Source: a virus
Taxonomy: Duplodnaviria; Caudoviricetes
Reading direction: 5' to 3' (one strand)
Length of the DNA: 37,791 bases
IMG/VR virus record: IMGVR_UViG_3300030059_002116
Span: 1 to 37,791 of that record
Shown: positions 1 to 10,110 of the stretch, one piece after another
Position numbering within the stretch: the stretch's first letter is position 1
How the letters are laid out: each line of letters starts with the position of its first letter
Made by a program: the position numbers and the translations under genes
Notes under the pieces: model-generated
The model's input: only the letters and a program-made list of their open reading frames with translations
Database searches by the model: none
What the model was told of the DNA's origin: nothing

Positions 1-300
1 TTAAATCTAACTATTAAAGATGGAAAAGTAGTAACAGAAGCCCCTGCAGGAGCTGAAACAATAGAAGAAGAAGTAAAACGTACCCAAAACTCAGGGTTGC
101 TAAGTAGTAATGTTACCTCTCCTCCTGTTGTTGCCCCTGTAGCAAGTAACATTACACCACGACCCCCTGTTATTCCACCTATACCACGAGCACCTGTACC
201 TCCTCAAACACAAAACAGGTTTGCCTCGTTGTTCCCTAATGATTCTTTAGGAAATGCAATATCACAACAACCCTCAGCTGGAATAATGGGATTAGTATAA
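1..300 (+). CDS. C-terminal part of a large virion/internal (ejection-type) protein, 5'-truncated by the window
   Basis: Frame 1 is open from base 1 to TAA at 298-300. It has a Pro-rich linker and an 'FASLFPND...GIMGLV' tail, and lies directly before the lysozyme. Function is inferred from position. Confidence 0.55.
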   Translation, partial: LNLTIKDGKVVTEAPAGAETIEEEVKRTQNSGLLSSNVTSPPVVAPVASNITPRPPVIPPIPRAPVPPQTQNRFASLFPNDSLGNAISQQPSAGIMGLV

Positions 301-767
301 TGAAACAAGAATTAATTGAACAGTTACGAACAGAGTTAGAAGCTGATGAAGGTAGCAAGGGTAAAATTTATCTTGATCATTTAGGTCTACCAACTTTTGG
401 AATTGGACATCTGGTTACTGAATGGGATCCAGAGTACAACTGGGAGGTAGGAACTTTAGTTACTAAAGTACGATGCAAAGAGGCATTTGAAAAGGATGTA
501 TCTTCTGTTTTAGCAGATTGCGTAAAGTTACATGATAACTTTAATGATTTACCTGATGAGGTACAATTGATATTAGCTAATATGATGTTTAACTTGGGTT
601 ATCCTAGATTATCTAAATTCAAGAAAATGCACGGAGCCATCAAAGAGTCTGATTGGTTAGAGGCTTCTTTGCAAATGGAAGATTCTAAGTGGTACAATCA
701 AGTACCCAATAGGGCGGAGCGTTTGGTTGACCGAATGGCACAACAACAAACCTTTCCTCATGGGTAA
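300..767 (+). CDS. Phage lysozyme/endolysin (T4-lysozyme-like, GH24)
   Basis: Catalytic E-x8-D-x5-T motif 'DEGSKGKIYLDHLGLPTFGIGH', plus 'NMMFNLG' and 'SKWYNQVPNRA'. Confidence 0.9.
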   Translation: MKQELIEQLRTELEADEGSKGKIYLDHLGLPTFGIGHLVTEWDPEYNWEVGTLVTKVRCKEAFEKDVSSVLADCVKLHDNFNDLPDEVQLILANMMFNLGYPRLSKFKKMHGAIKESDWLEASLQMEDSKWYNQVPNRAERLVDRMAQQQTFPHG

Positions 768-772
768 AAGTC

Positions 773-1513
773 ATGGATCCCTTAACCATATCAATAGCCG
801 TAGGTGTTGCTAGTAAAGCATTTAGTGCCATTAAATCTGGTTTTGCAATGGGAAGAGACATAGAACAAATGTCTGGTGATATTGGTAGATGGATGGGGGC
901 TGTGAGTGATGTAGATAATGCAGAAAAACAAGCCAAAAACCCTCCCCTGTTTGGTAAATTGTTTAATGCAGGTTCTATCGAAGAAGCAGCGATGGCTGCC
1001 TACGCTGGAAAAAAGAAACTTGAGGAACAAAGATATGAACTCAAGATGTTTCTGAATCTAACTCATGGTCCTCAAGCGTATGATGAACTTCTTGCTATGG
1101 AAGGACAGATAAGAAAACAAAGACAAGAAACCATATACAAGCAACAAAAGATGCGTCAGCAAGTTTTAGGCGTAATAGGTTGGATTGTCTTGTTTATTGT
1201 TATTATATTGTTATTTGCAACAGTCGCAGTTATTTGGAATAAAAGAGCTAATGCTAAAGATTACACGCGTCAGCAAAAAATACAAAAAGGCATAATTGTT
1301 CTTCCTACTATGACCACATGCCGATTAAAAAAGCGTAAAGTGTATAAAGATAAATTGGCTTGTATATATCAAGGAGCCCAAAAAACATTTACATTAGATT
1401 TTACAGACTTAGCAAATGGCTGTCCTCGTAAATACAAATGTGTGCTAGATCCAAATGGCAAAGAACCATCAATTGATTCTGTTATGGAGAGTTTAAGGAG
1501 TATTGCTAAATAA
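773..1513 (+). CDS. Hypothetical membrane protein with C-terminal Cys-rich domain
   Basis: 246-aa ORF starting 'MDPLTI', with one TM helix (VLGVIGWIVLFIVIILLFATVAVIW) and four Cys in the C-terminal part. Confidence 0.65.
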   Translation: MDPLTISIAVGVASKAFSAIKSGFAMGRDIEQMSGDIGRWMGAVSDVDNAEKQAKNPPLFGKLFNAGSIEEAAMAAYAGKKKLEEQRYELKMFLNLTHGPQAYDELLAMEGQIRKQRQETIYKQQKMRQQVLGVIGWIVLFIVIILLFATVAVIWNKRANAKDYTRQQKIQKGIIVLPTMTTCRLKKRKVYKDKLACIYQGAQKTFTLDFTDLANGCPRKYKCVLDPNGKEPSIDSVMESLRSIAK

Positions 1514-2942
1514 TCCAATCACGATAGTTCTCAGCAAGAACCTGACTAGCTATATCTATTTTGTTTCTAAGAGCAATTAATATTTTATCATCAACCGTGT
1601 TTTCAGCGATAATATCAACATAGGTTACTTTACTTGTTTGACCGATTCTATGAGCTCTATCCTCGCTTTGTAACCGAACTTCTAAGTCATAGCTGTTGCT
1701 ATAATATATGACGGTAGTGGCTTGTGTTAAAGTTAAACCATAACCTCCTGTTCTAGGTTGCCCTACAAAAAACTTTACAGGATTGTTAGGGTCTTGAAAC
1801 TCCTTAACTACTCGTTGTCTTGAATCACTTGGTGTATCACCGTAGTAAGAACGAACACTCTCTTCACCATAAATAGAAGCTATCTTATCAGTTATGCTAA
1901 TAATGTCATGTGTATAGTTTGCCCATATGATAACGCTCCCACCAACTTCGTCAAGCACAGAAACTAACTCTGGCATTTTATTAGTAGGGAAAGTTTTTAA
2001 TGTTCCATCATCTAGCTTTACATGTCCCGAACAAACCTGTTGCAATCTAAGAAGTTGAGTAAGAACAGTTGTGGGAGTTACCGAACCATCTTCCATCATA
2101 GCTAATGCAAAAGTTTTTAAACTATCATACACTAAGCGTTGTTCTTTTGTTAATTCGACAACACGCTTTAGATAAACTTTACTTGGTAAATCCAAACAAT
2201 CTTCTTTGCGTACCCTATAACTAAACTTTTCTAATATTTGGTTTAACTCATCTAAACGTCTATAACCTACAATTTGGTTAAAGCTATGAGCTCCAAGAAC
2301 TCTACGTTTTATAATAGCATAATCATTCTGAAAGCTGTAAAAACTTTGGTGACCTAACAAATTATCATTCAAAAATTCACATTGGGTATATAAATCCATA
2401 GGACTTTTTGTAACTGGAGACCCTGTAAGTATTCTACGATATTTAGCTGACTTTCCTAATTTAACTATAGTCTTAGTGCGTTTAGCATCTTTACTTTTTA
2501 TAGTTGTACTTTCATCTATGACCATCATACTTGGCACGGCTTGCAAAAACTTTTCAGCCATAGCACTACCTTTTTTGGTACTAAAGGCTTCGACATTCAT
2601 AATGAATATTTTTAAGTTATCATTAGTTTGAAACAACTTTTTTTGTAAAGTTAACTGTTTTATACTTTGACTAGGGTTCCACAATACTGTGTCAGCTATA
2701 ACATGGTCAGGCATATGTGTTGGCAGTTCGCCTTGCTCCCAGTTTCGGTATACGCCTTTTGGTGCGACAATTAAACACCCCTCAAGTTTTCCTTGGTCAT
2801 AGAGTATACACATGTTGTCAATTAATACTTTTGACTTGCCTGTCCCCATGTCCATAAACAAAGCGTATTCTTCTTTATCCCAACTTTTTTTCAAAGCTGT
2901 GAGCTGATGTTCATAAGGTTGTAACTTAAATTTATATTTCAT
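1506..2942 (-). CDS. SNF2-family (SF2) DNA helicase
   Basis: Walker A 'MDMGTGKS', 'VIDEST', 'LTGSPV', 'TGGYGLTL', motif VI 'QSEDRAHRIGQ'. It is the only major gene on the - strand. Confidence 0.92.
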   Translation of the reverse strand: MKYKFKLQPYEHQLTALKKSWDKEEYALFMDMGTGKSKVLIDNMCILYDQGKLEGCLIVAPKGVYRNWEQGELPTHMPDHVIADTVLWNPSQSIKQLTLQKKLFQTNDNLKIFIMNVEAFSTKKGSAMAEKFLQAVPSMMVIDESTTIKSKDAKRTKTIVKLGKSAKYRRILTGSPVTKSPMDLYTQCEFLNDNLLGHQSFYSFQNDYAIIKRRVLGAHSFNQIVGYRRLDELNQILEKFSYRVRKEDCLDLPSKVYLKRVVELTKEQRLVYDSLKTFALAMMEDGSVTPTTVLTQLLRLQQVCSGHVKLDDGTLKTFPTNKMPELVSVLDEVGGSVIIWANYTHDIISITDKIASIYGEESVRSYYGDTPSDSRQRVVKEFQDPNNPVKFFVGQPRTGGYGLTLTQATTVIYYSNSYDLEVRLQSEDRAHRIGQTSKVTYVDIIAENTVDDKILIALRNKIDIASQVLAENYRDWII

Positions 2943-3029
2943 GATTTTACTTTCTACTTTCTACTTTGTATAATAGTAGCATTTTGCAATAGTTACACTA
3001 TATTTTTTGTCTTCATTTTTCATACGAGG

Positions 3030-3114
3030 CGGACATAATAGTCGATATTAAGATATTGTATATTCTAATATCTGATAAACAACTTTGATAACATTTTGCA
3101 TTTACTACTATATA
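3030..3114 (-). repeat. Copy 1 of an ~85-bp dispersed non-coding element (inverted relative to the copy at 23489-23570)
   Basis: The reverse complement aligns with 23489-23570 in blocks TATATAGTA, CAAAATGTT, TCAGATAT, AATATACAATATCTTA, TATTAT, TCCG with conserved spacing. Confidence 0.8.
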
Positions 3115-3176
3115 CAAAAGTGTATTATAAATTTGTGGTATAACCCACACATAGAAAGCCAACGGGAGAGAAAGCC

Positions 3177-3506
3177 GTGACAGTATACATTACTCAAGAA
3201 GTGCGTGGTCGCGATATTACAGAAGCTGCTGAATATGGTGATTTGCAAATACTAGTTCCTGCAAAGGAGCAGGTCGCTTTTAGTACACAACCAACAGTAA
3301 GACGTATTACTCGTGCCTTACGAAACTTTAATGATAAAGATTATTTACTTATGTCTGGAGACCCTGTGTGTATAGGTATAGCCTGTGCTATCGCAGCTTC
3401 TAATAATATGGGTAGGTTTAACTTATTAAAGTGGGATAGGTTAGAGGAAACGTATTACCCACTAAAAGTGGATATTTACCAAAAGGAGACAAAGCATGGA
3501 CTTTGA
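3177..3506 (+). CDS. Conserved hypothetical phage protein, first gene of the replication operon
   Basis: GTG start after GGGAG; 'DYLLMSGDP...LLKWDR'; coupled to the next gene. Confidence 0.7.
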   Translation: MTVYITQEVRGRDITEAAEYGDLQILVPAKEQVAFSTQPTVRRITRALRNFNDKDYLLMSGDPVCIGIACAIAASNNMGRFNLLKWDRLEETYYPLKVDIYQKETKHGL

Positions 3507-4041
3507 AAAAGCGGCTAGTGAATTGACTGGCGTAGACGAAAAGGGTATTAGTTTAGTATCTTCATTGTGCAAACAACAAATAGTGCTTGAAGATAGAGTT
3601 AAAGACCTAAAAGCAGACCTAAAACAATCAGAAGCAGACTTACGAATACTATCCACCGATACTCTTCCAGCAGCGATGCAAGAGTATGGGGTTAACAAAA
3701 TCTCCATGGATGATGGTAGTGAAATAATTATTTCTGATTTTATAAACGTATCTATAAAGGTAGACAACCGTGAAGATGCGTTTGCTTGGTTAGTAGAAAA
3801 TGGTTTTGGAAGTTTAATTAAAAATCATGTGACTGCACAGTTTGGTAGAAACCAAGATAACCTAGCAAAAGACTTACTTGCAGAGTTGCAAGGAAAGGGT
3901 TTTACCACAACTAATAGAGTTTGGGTTGAACCACAAACGCTTAAATCCTGGGCGAAGGAGCAGTTAGGAAAAGGTAACAATTTACCTCACGACTGCATGG
4001 ATATATATAATGGTGTAATAGCTAAAATTAGGAGAAAGTAA
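3496..4041 (+). CDS. Hypothetical replication-module protein (coiled-coil N-terminus)
   Basis: AAGGAG RBS; 181 aa; 'AFAWLVENGFGSLIK...VEPQTLKSW' type protein, usually found next to phage SSB genes. Confidence 0.7.
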   Translation: MDFEKAASELTGVDEKGISLVSSLCKQQIVLEDRVKDLKADLKQSEADLRILSTDTLPAAMQEYGVNKISMDDGSEIIISDFINVSIKVDNREDAFAWLVENGFGSLIKNHVTAQFGRNQDNLAKDLLAELQGKGFTTTNRVWVEPQTLKSWAKEQLGKGNNLPHDCMDIYNGVIAKIRRK

Positions 4042-4042
4042 C

Positions 4043-4852
4043 ATGGCTAAAGAAGTTGTTGAAAAACAAAATACAGAACTACAATTAATGAGTTTTGAAG
4101 ATGCGTCGGGTATGGGATTCAGTGAAGCAAGTACCGAAGATATGTCCATACCTTTTATAAGAATACTTGATAAAGGTTCACCACAAGTTAATAAACGTGA
4201 CGGTGCTCATGTTGAAGGTGCTGAAGCTGGAAGCATATATAATACTGTTTCTAATGAAGCCTATGATGGTGAGAAAGGTGTGCTAGTTGTACCTTGTTAC
4301 TTTAATCGTAGGTATATTGAGTGGAAGCCTCGTGATTTAGGTGGAGGATATATGGGGAGCTATTTACCTACCGACCCCATTGTAGCAACGACTAACAAAA
4401 ACGATAAAAATGCAGACGTGTTACCTAATGGAAATACTTTAGTTAATACAGCACAACATTTTGTATTGTTAGTTGATCAGAAAGCTGAATCGTTTTCAAG
4501 AGCATTAATCACAATGTCTAGCACACAGTTAAAAAAGTCTAGAAGGTGGTTAACACAAATGAATGCTTTAACAGCTATGGGTAAAAGTGGTCCGTACACT
4601 CTACCCATGATGTCGCATAGTTACACTTTAGGAACTGTTCCAGAGCAAAATGATATGGGTTCTTGGTTTGGCTGGGTTATCAATAAGCACTTGACTATTG
4701 ACCTCGGTAAATCCTTTGAACGACATTTGTTTGAAGCTGGAGTAGCTTTTGCACAGTCCGTACAAGCTGGGGAAGTGGAAGTTAAACAATCCAACCCCGA
4801 ACAGTCTACTGTAAATAATGGAACAGAAGTAAAAGACGACGTTCCATTTTAA
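4043..4852 (+). CDS. Putative single-stranded DNA-binding protein
   Basis: Acidic/aromatic C-terminal tail 'KDDVPF', 'IPFIRIL..SPQV' start, and position upstream of the primase. Confidence 0.7.
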   Translation: MAKEVVEKQNTELQLMSFEDASGMGFSEASTEDMSIPFIRILDKGSPQVNKRDGAHVEGAEAGSIYNTVSNEAYDGEKGVLVVPCYFNRRYIEWKPRDLGGGYMGSYLPTDPIVATTNKNDKNADVLPNGNTLVNTAQHFVLLVDQKAESFSRALITMSSTQLKKSRRWLTQMNALTAMGKSGPYTLPMMSHSYTLGTVPEQNDMGSWFGWVINKHLTIDLGKSFERHLFEAGVAFAQSVQAGEVEVKQSNPEQSTVNNGTEVKDDVPF

Positions 4853-4858
4853 TCAGGG

Positions 4859-4961
4859 GTGGGTGTTGATCTACCCACAACTGCGAGGGTCATAATTTAC
4901 GCATTTATGAGTCTAACCGTTTCTAGCTTTTGCAAAGGCTGGCTATAGGGTTATGACCCTC
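4859..4961 (+). promoter_or_regulatory. Structured intergenic leader between SSB and primase
   Basis: Hairpin GTGGGT..ACCCAC, then a perfect 11-bp inverted repeat GAGGGTCATAA (4885-4895)/TTATGACCCTC (4951-4961) enclosing an inner hairpin. Confidence 0.5.
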
Positions 4962-4982
4962 ATCTTATTTACAGGAGAAAGC

Positions 4983-6500
4983 ATGAATATATCAGAACAA
5001 TTTTTAAGTTTATTCACAGGAAACCAACGAGCACACGGTATTGTTGATCTGAGTGATGGCTTTAAAGGTCGCAAGAAAAAAGCCCTTTACAAAATAATGA
5101 AGTCGCCCCCTACAAAAGAGTTATGGGAAAAACATTTAGAAGGTGAGCAAGGTCTAGGTATTATACCCATAAGGGATGATAATACTTGTGTGTGGGGAGC
5201 AATTGATGTTGATAACTACGAAGTAGACCACAAGAAAATAGTAACCCGATTAGCTGAAGCCAAAATAATTGGTTGGGTAGGAAGAAGTAAATCAGGGGGT
5301 GCTCATATATATTTCTTTTTTAAAGAGCCTTTACAAGCAAGTTTTATACAAACGAAGCTAACCGAAATCGCAGCTGGACTAGGATTGGCGGATAGCGAAA
5401 TATTTCCAAAACAAGCCGAAATACTTGTTGACAGAGGGGATACTGGAAATGCTTTAAATATGCCTTACTATAAAGGAGAATACAGCACTCGTAGCGTTTA
5501 CGACTTTAAGTGTAATACTTTAACCCCTGAAACTTTTGTTAAGAAAGCTCAGAAGTATCGAATTAGCCTTTCAGAGTTTGAAGAATACCAAATAGTAAAA
5601 GTAGAAAACAAGGTACTTCCTGAGGGTCCACCTTGTTTACAACAGTTATGCAGTATTGGGTTTGCTGAAGGCTCACGAAACAATGCTTTGTTTAATCTAG
5701 GCGTTTACTCAAGAATGTTTGACCCTGATGGCTGGGAGTCGTTAGTGCAACGATATAATGTAGATTATGTAAGCCCTCCTTTGTCACACAACGAAGTGGG
5801 TGCTGTCATTAAACAGTTGCAACGCAAAGATTATTTTTACAAATGTGACGACCAACCTATTAAACCTTATTGTAATAAAGATGTGTGCCTTACTCGTAAG
5901 CATGGTGTAGGTCCATCAGGTGTACAAAATGACATGTCGGCTTTAACTAAAATAGATGGTGACCCACCTATATGGATTCTTAATGTGGATGGTAGCCGTG
6001 TGGAATTAAGTACGGATGGATTGATAAGTCAAACACGCTTTCAAAGAGATTGTGTGTCACAGATTAATAAACTCCCTGCTACTGTTAATCAAAGAGCGTG
6101 GCAGACTAGAATACAAATGTTATTGGACAATCTAACCATTGTGGAAGTACCACCTGATGCTACCTTAAAAGGTGAGTTTGAAGACTTACTCCATTCTTTT
6201 TGTAGCGAAAGAGCTAAAGGTGCTGAGCGTGAAGATATTTTACAAGGTGTAGCCGTCTGGCTTGAGCAACGAGTATTCTTTCAAGTCAAGGATATTAAAA
6301 AGCATCTGTCTGTAAATGATTTTAACCATTACTCTTCTAGTAGAATAACTTTACGATTACAAAATCAACACGCTGAAAAAATGTTTTGGAGGGTAAAAGG
6401 CAAAGGCGTTCATGTTTGGTCTTTGCCACAGGATTATTTTCAAGGCGATGAGGAAACATTAGATCTACCCGATCTGCCACAAGAAAGGAATGTAATATGA
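4983..6500 (+). CDS. DNA primase (AEP-like primase with PriCT-type domain)
   Basis: 'WGAIDVD' (DxD), 'RSKSGGAHIYFF' (SxH), 'GSRNNALFNLG' PriCT-like. Start moved to ATG 4983 after an AGGAG RBS. Confidence 0.8.
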   Translation: MNISEQFLSLFTGNQRAHGIVDLSDGFKGRKKKALYKIMKSPPTKELWEKHLEGEQGLGIIPIRDDNTCVWGAIDVDNYEVDHKKIVTRLAEAKIIGWVGRSKSGGAHIYFFFKEPLQASFIQTKLTEIAAGLGLADSEIFPKQAEILVDRGDTGNALNMPYYKGEYSTRSVYDFKCNTLTPETFVKKAQKYRISLSEFEEYQIVKVENKVLPEGPPCLQQLCSIGFAEGSRNNALFNLGVYSRMFDPDGWESLVQRYNVDYVSPPLSHNEVGAVIKQLQRKDYFYKCDDQPIKPYCNKDVCLTRKHGVGPSGVQNDMSALTKIDGDPPIWILNVDGSRVELSTDGLISQTRFQRDCVSQINKLPATVNQRAWQTRIQMLLDNLTIVEVPPDATLKGEFEDLLHSFCSERAKGAEREDILQGVAVWLEQRVFFQVKDIKKHLSVNDFNHYSSSRITLRLQNQHAEKMFWRVKGKGVHVWSLPQDYFQGDEETLDLPDLPQERNVI

Positions 6501-6799
6501 CGTATAGCTTTTATGACAAATACTACCACTCTATAACAAAATGGCACGAAGAACGAAACCTTATAGATGGAAGCACTGATAAAGATCAAGTATTGAAGTT
6601 AATGCAAGAAGTGGGTGAATTGTCTGACTCTGTGTGCAAGGGCAAAGATATAAAAGATGACATAGGGGATATATTAGTTGTTCTAATTAATATATGTTTA
6701 AGAAACGACACTAACTTTCCAGATTGCATGGAAGTTGCGTATAACGAAATTAAAGATAGAAAAGGCACAATGAAAGAGGGGGTATTCATTAAATGTTAA
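6497..6799 (+). CDS. MazG-like nucleotide pyrophosphohydrolase
   Basis: 'KLMQEVGEL...DDIGDILVVL' ExxE/DxxD helices and 'AYNEIKDRKG'. Confidence 0.85.
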   Translation: MTYSFYDKYYHSITKWHEERNLIDGSTDKDQVLKLMQEVGELSDSVCKGKDIKDDIGDILVVLINICLRNDTNFPDCMEVAYNEIKDRKGTMKEGVFIKC

Positions 6800-7029
6800 A
6801 AGCTGATGGATTGGATAAAGCTATATTGGGAGTAGGCATTAGATGCGGTCAAGAAGACATATTAGTATATAGCTATGGTAAGTGTGTTGAGATATTTATG
6901 AAGAAGGATAAAATGTCTCACGAAGAGGCTATAGACTGGATGGAATATAATGTGGTTGGAGCATGGGTTGGCGATCATACTCCTATATTCGTTCGTCAAA
7001 TAGAAGAAGATGAGTTAATGTTGCTATGA
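6793..7029 (+). CDS. Conserved hypothetical phage protein
   Basis: 'MLKADGLDKAILG...EEAIDWMEYNVVGAWVG..TP', a common small phage protein; overlaps both neighbours. Confidence 0.75.
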   Translation: MLKADGLDKAILGVGIRCGQEDILVYSYGKCVEIFMKKDKMSHEEAIDWMEYNVVGAWVGDHTPIFVRQIEEDELMLL

Positions 7030-8546
7030 AAATTGTAGTTGGTCCTCCAGGAACAGGAAAAACGACCAAACTATTAAACCTTGTTGAGTCATATATAGCT
7101 TCAGGGGTGTCCCCCGACCGAATAGGATACTTTGCATTTACAAGAAGAGCAGCGACAGAAGCTATAGAAAGAGCATGTATAAAGTTTAAACTAACAAAGA
7201 GAGATTTACCTTTTTTCCGTACTCTCCACAGTTTAGCTTTTATGCAGATAGGTATAAATCATACACAAATAATGACTCAATCTAAATATAAAGATGTTTC
7301 TGATTGGTTAAAAATAGGAAACTTTTTTGGTTCTAATGATAGTCAAGAGCAAGGTCCATTTAAAGACTTTGGTTATGGCGATAAGTTTTTAGAAATTATT
7401 AACATTGCTAGGATTATGCAACAGCCTTTGCGTCAAGTTTACAATTTATCTAACGTACCACTTAAAACAGATTGGGCGAGGGTGGACTATGTAAACAGAG
7501 GGTTATTAAGATGGAAAGAAGTAAACGAGCTATTTGATTATACTGATATGCTTGAAACCTTTTGTGCAAGAAAGTTAGCTCCGAAACTTGAAGTGGTTTT
7601 TATTGATGAAGCCCAAGACTTGTCACCTATCCAATGGCAAATGGTTCACCTATTAGAAAAAAATTGTAAAGAGATTTATGTGGCAGGAGATGATGACCAA
7701 GCCATATTTAGATATGCAGGAGCTGATGTAGATTACTTTATAAATCTAGGAGGTGATGTTACAATACTAAATCAAAGTTATAGGATTCCCTCTACTCATC
7801 ATGAGTTAAGTCAAAAAGTTATTGAACGAGTGGTTGGTCGTAGACCAAAACAGTTTAATCCAAGAGATGATATAGGAAGTATTCAGTGGCATAGACACAG
7901 TGAAGAGGTGGATCTTTCAGAGCAGGATTGGTTATTACTAAGCCGAACAACACGAGGGGCTAGACAAATAGAAGAAGAAGTTCGTAGGCGTGGTCATTTA
8001 TATACTTATAATGGAAGTAAATCTATAGATGGTAAGATGCTTGATGCTGTTCGGTATTGGGAAAACTTACGGCAAGGTCACCGATTGACTGGAGACCAAG
8101 TAAGGATAGTCTATAAGCAAATGGTACTAGGCGAGCAAGTGGAGTATGGTCACAAAACCTTACCGAAAGGTGTTGACGGTGATTATTATACATTACAAGA
8201 TCTACAAGACTTTCATGGTTTACTGCACAGTCTACCTTGGGATCTAGGTCTGGGTAAAATACCAGAGAATGATCGTAGATATATAAAAGCCTGTTTAAGA
8301 AAAGGTGAATCATTAACAACGGAGCCACGCATACGGATCTCCACTATACATTCTGCTAAAGGAGCTCAAGCAACAAATGTAATGATGCTTACTGATACTA
8401 TGCGAAGAACATATTCTATGTGGCGAAAGTTTGAAAACGAACATTATGATGAAGCAAGGGTCTTTTATGTGGGGCTTACAAGAGCGTTGTCCAACCTCCA
8501 CCTAATTCATCCTATGTATTCAAGGGGATACCAAATCCCAGCCTAA
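7026..8546 (+). CDS. UvrD/Rep-like SF1 DNA helicase
   Basis: 'GPPGTGKT', 'FIDEAQD', 'AGDDDQAIF', 'STIHSAKG', 'FYVGLTRA'. Confidence 0.93.
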   Translation: MKIVVGPPGTGKTTKLLNLVESYIASGVSPDRIGYFAFTRRAATEAIERACIKFKLTKRDLPFFRTLHSLAFMQIGINHTQIMTQSKYKDVSDWLKIGNFFGSNDSQEQGPFKDFGYGDKFLEIINIARIMQQPLRQVYNLSNVPLKTDWARVDYVNRGLLRWKEVNELFDYTDMLETFCARKLAPKLEVVFIDEAQDLSPIQWQMVHLLEKNCKEIYVAGDDDQAIFRYAGADVDYFINLGGDVTILNQSYRIPSTHHELSQKVIERVVGRRPKQFNPRDDIGSIQWHRHSEEVDLSEQDWLLLSRTTRGARQIEEEVRRRGHLYTYNGSKSIDGKMLDAVRYWENLRQGHRLTGDQVRIVYKQMVLGEQVEYGHKTLPKGVDGDYYTLQDLQDFHGLLHSLPWDLGLGKIPENDRRYIKACLRKGESLTTEPRIRISTIHSAKGAQATNVMMLTDTMRRTYSMWRKFENEHYDEARVFYVGLTRALSNLHLIHPMYSRGYQIPA

Positions 8547-8634
8547 GTGGTCCAAACGAGTAAGTTACACTATACTTCCACAGCCCATTACTTAATATAT
8601 AAACATAACGTAAACAAACCATAGAGAGGCTTAT

Positions 8635-8967
8635 ATGGAACAACTACAACAATACGCTACTAAGGATTTACTTATCAAGATAAATACTAAGGCTTACAGA
8701 CGTAAATCCAATCGACAGTTAGACCCTAAATGGTTAAGTAATATACCAGATAAATTGTCTGACTTAGGGGGTGCTGACTTTGCACACTTGCAAGGTCATG
8801 TACGATATCCCCTTGTACAAGCGTTTTTACACAATGATGTAGAAATGCGTTGTGCTTTTGCCACCCCCGAGGGTGACCACTTCTATATAGATGTATCCTT
8901 TGCAGAGTACAAATCGTTACCTACAGTGGATTTATCTGATGCTAATGCCAACAACCAACTCTCATAG
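8635..8967 (+). CDS. Hypothetical protein
   Basis: 110-aa ORF with GAGAGG RBS after an AT-rich gap. Confidence 0.6.
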   Translation: MEQLQQYATKDLLIKINTKAYRRKSNRQLDPKWLSNIPDKLSDLGGADFAHLQGHVRYPLVQAFLHNDVEMRCAFATPEGDHFYIDVSFAEYKSLPTVDLSDANANNQLS

Positions 8968-8981
8968 AAAGGAGATATATC

Positions 8982-10013
8982 ATGGCACACGAAGTAGAAA
9001 CTATGGCTTATGCAGGACAAGTTCCTTGGCATGGGTTAGGTAATAAAGTTGAGGGCGACCTTACCCCTCAAGAAATGTTAGTAAAGGCAGGTCTTGACTG
9101 GACAGTTAGCAAACGTCCGTTTTACTATGCCAACAAGCCAAACACATGGGATTTAAATGACCCTCGTGGCGAGGCTTCACTGTTAAAAGCAGACAACCAC
9201 TATGCTATTGTTCGTGACACAGATCAACGTGTTCTTTCGCATTGTGGCGAAGGCTTTGTACCTTTTCAAAACCATGAAACAATGTCGTTTTTCAAAAAGT
9301 TTACCGATGCAGGAAATATGTCTATGGATACTGCAGGAAGTTTATCTGATGGTGAACGTGTATGGGGTCTGGCTAAAATTAAAAAAGGTTTTACATTAGC
9401 TGGAGGCGATGAAATAGAAGGTTACTTGCTTATGGCTAACAGTCACAAGGTAGGCACTGCTATGACAGTTATGTTTACCCCTATCCGTGTCGTTTGTAAT
9501 AACACTATTACATTAGCCTTAAACTCAGAGGGCATGACAGGCAAGTTCAGAATACTGCATTTACAAATGTTGGATCAAGACATTATGAAATCTGCAGAGG
9601 AAGCTCTAGGTATCAGTGGTCAACAAATGGAACAGTTCAAAGAGCAGTCCGAGTTTCTTGCCAATACAAGAGCAACACCAGATGCAGTGGATAACTTCAT
9701 TGCTGAAATGCTACAGCCTAAACTTCTTATAGAACGTGCCAAGCGAGATTCCAAGTTGCTTGTGCCTTTGCATGATGAGTTTAGCAAGAGCAGTTTAGCT
9801 ATAAGAGATGCCATTGACCTTAGTCCAGGAGCAACTATGCAATCTGCGAAAGGTACTTGGTGGGGTGTTTTGAATGGTGTTACCTATGTTATGGATCACC
9901 AGAAAAAGGCTAAGTCCAGCGACCATGCCCTTACATCTGCATGGTTTGGTAATGGTGCAATGACCAAACGTAAAGCACTGACTAAAGTATTGGAATACGC
10001 TAAAGTATCCTAA
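8982..10013 (+). CDS. DUF932-family phage/plasmid protein
   Basis: 'MAHEVETMAYAGQVPWHGLG', 'YLLMANSH', 'TPIRVVCNNT', 'TWWGVLNGVT'. Confidence 0.85.
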   Translation: MAHEVETMAYAGQVPWHGLGNKVEGDLTPQEMLVKAGLDWTVSKRPFYYANKPNTWDLNDPRGEASLLKADNHYAIVRDTDQRVLSHCGEGFVPFQNHETMSFFKKFTDAGNMSMDTAGSLSDGERVWGLAKIKKGFTLAGGDEIEGYLLMANSHKVGTAMTVMFTPIRVVCNNTITLALNSEGMTGKFRILHLQMLDQDIMKSAEEALGISGQQMEQFKEQSEFLANTRATPDAVDNFIAEMLQPKLLIERAKRDSKLLVPLHDEFSKSSLAIRDAIDLSPGATMQSAKGTWWGVLNGVTYVMDHQKKAKSSDHALTSAWFGNGAMTKRKALTKVLEYAKVS

Positions 10014-10021
10014 CAAAATAT

Positions 10022-10052
10022 AGAGTGCTCGTTCTTGTAACGAGCACTTTTT
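10022..10052 (+). terminator. Rho-independent terminator
   Basis: Stem AGTGCTCGTT/AACGAGCACT followed by a T-run, right after the stop codon. Confidence 0.8.
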
Positions 10053-10054
10053 AC

Positions 10055-10082
10055 TTGTAAATTCACTACATATAGTTAAAAT
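10055..10082 (+). promoter_or_regulatory. Putative sigma70-type promoter for the DNA-modification operon
   Basis: TTGTAA-16 bp-TAAAAT upstream of an AGAAAGGAG RBS. Confidence 0.45.
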
Positions 10083-10110
10083 TAGTTATACTTATAGAAA
10101 GGAGTATGTC

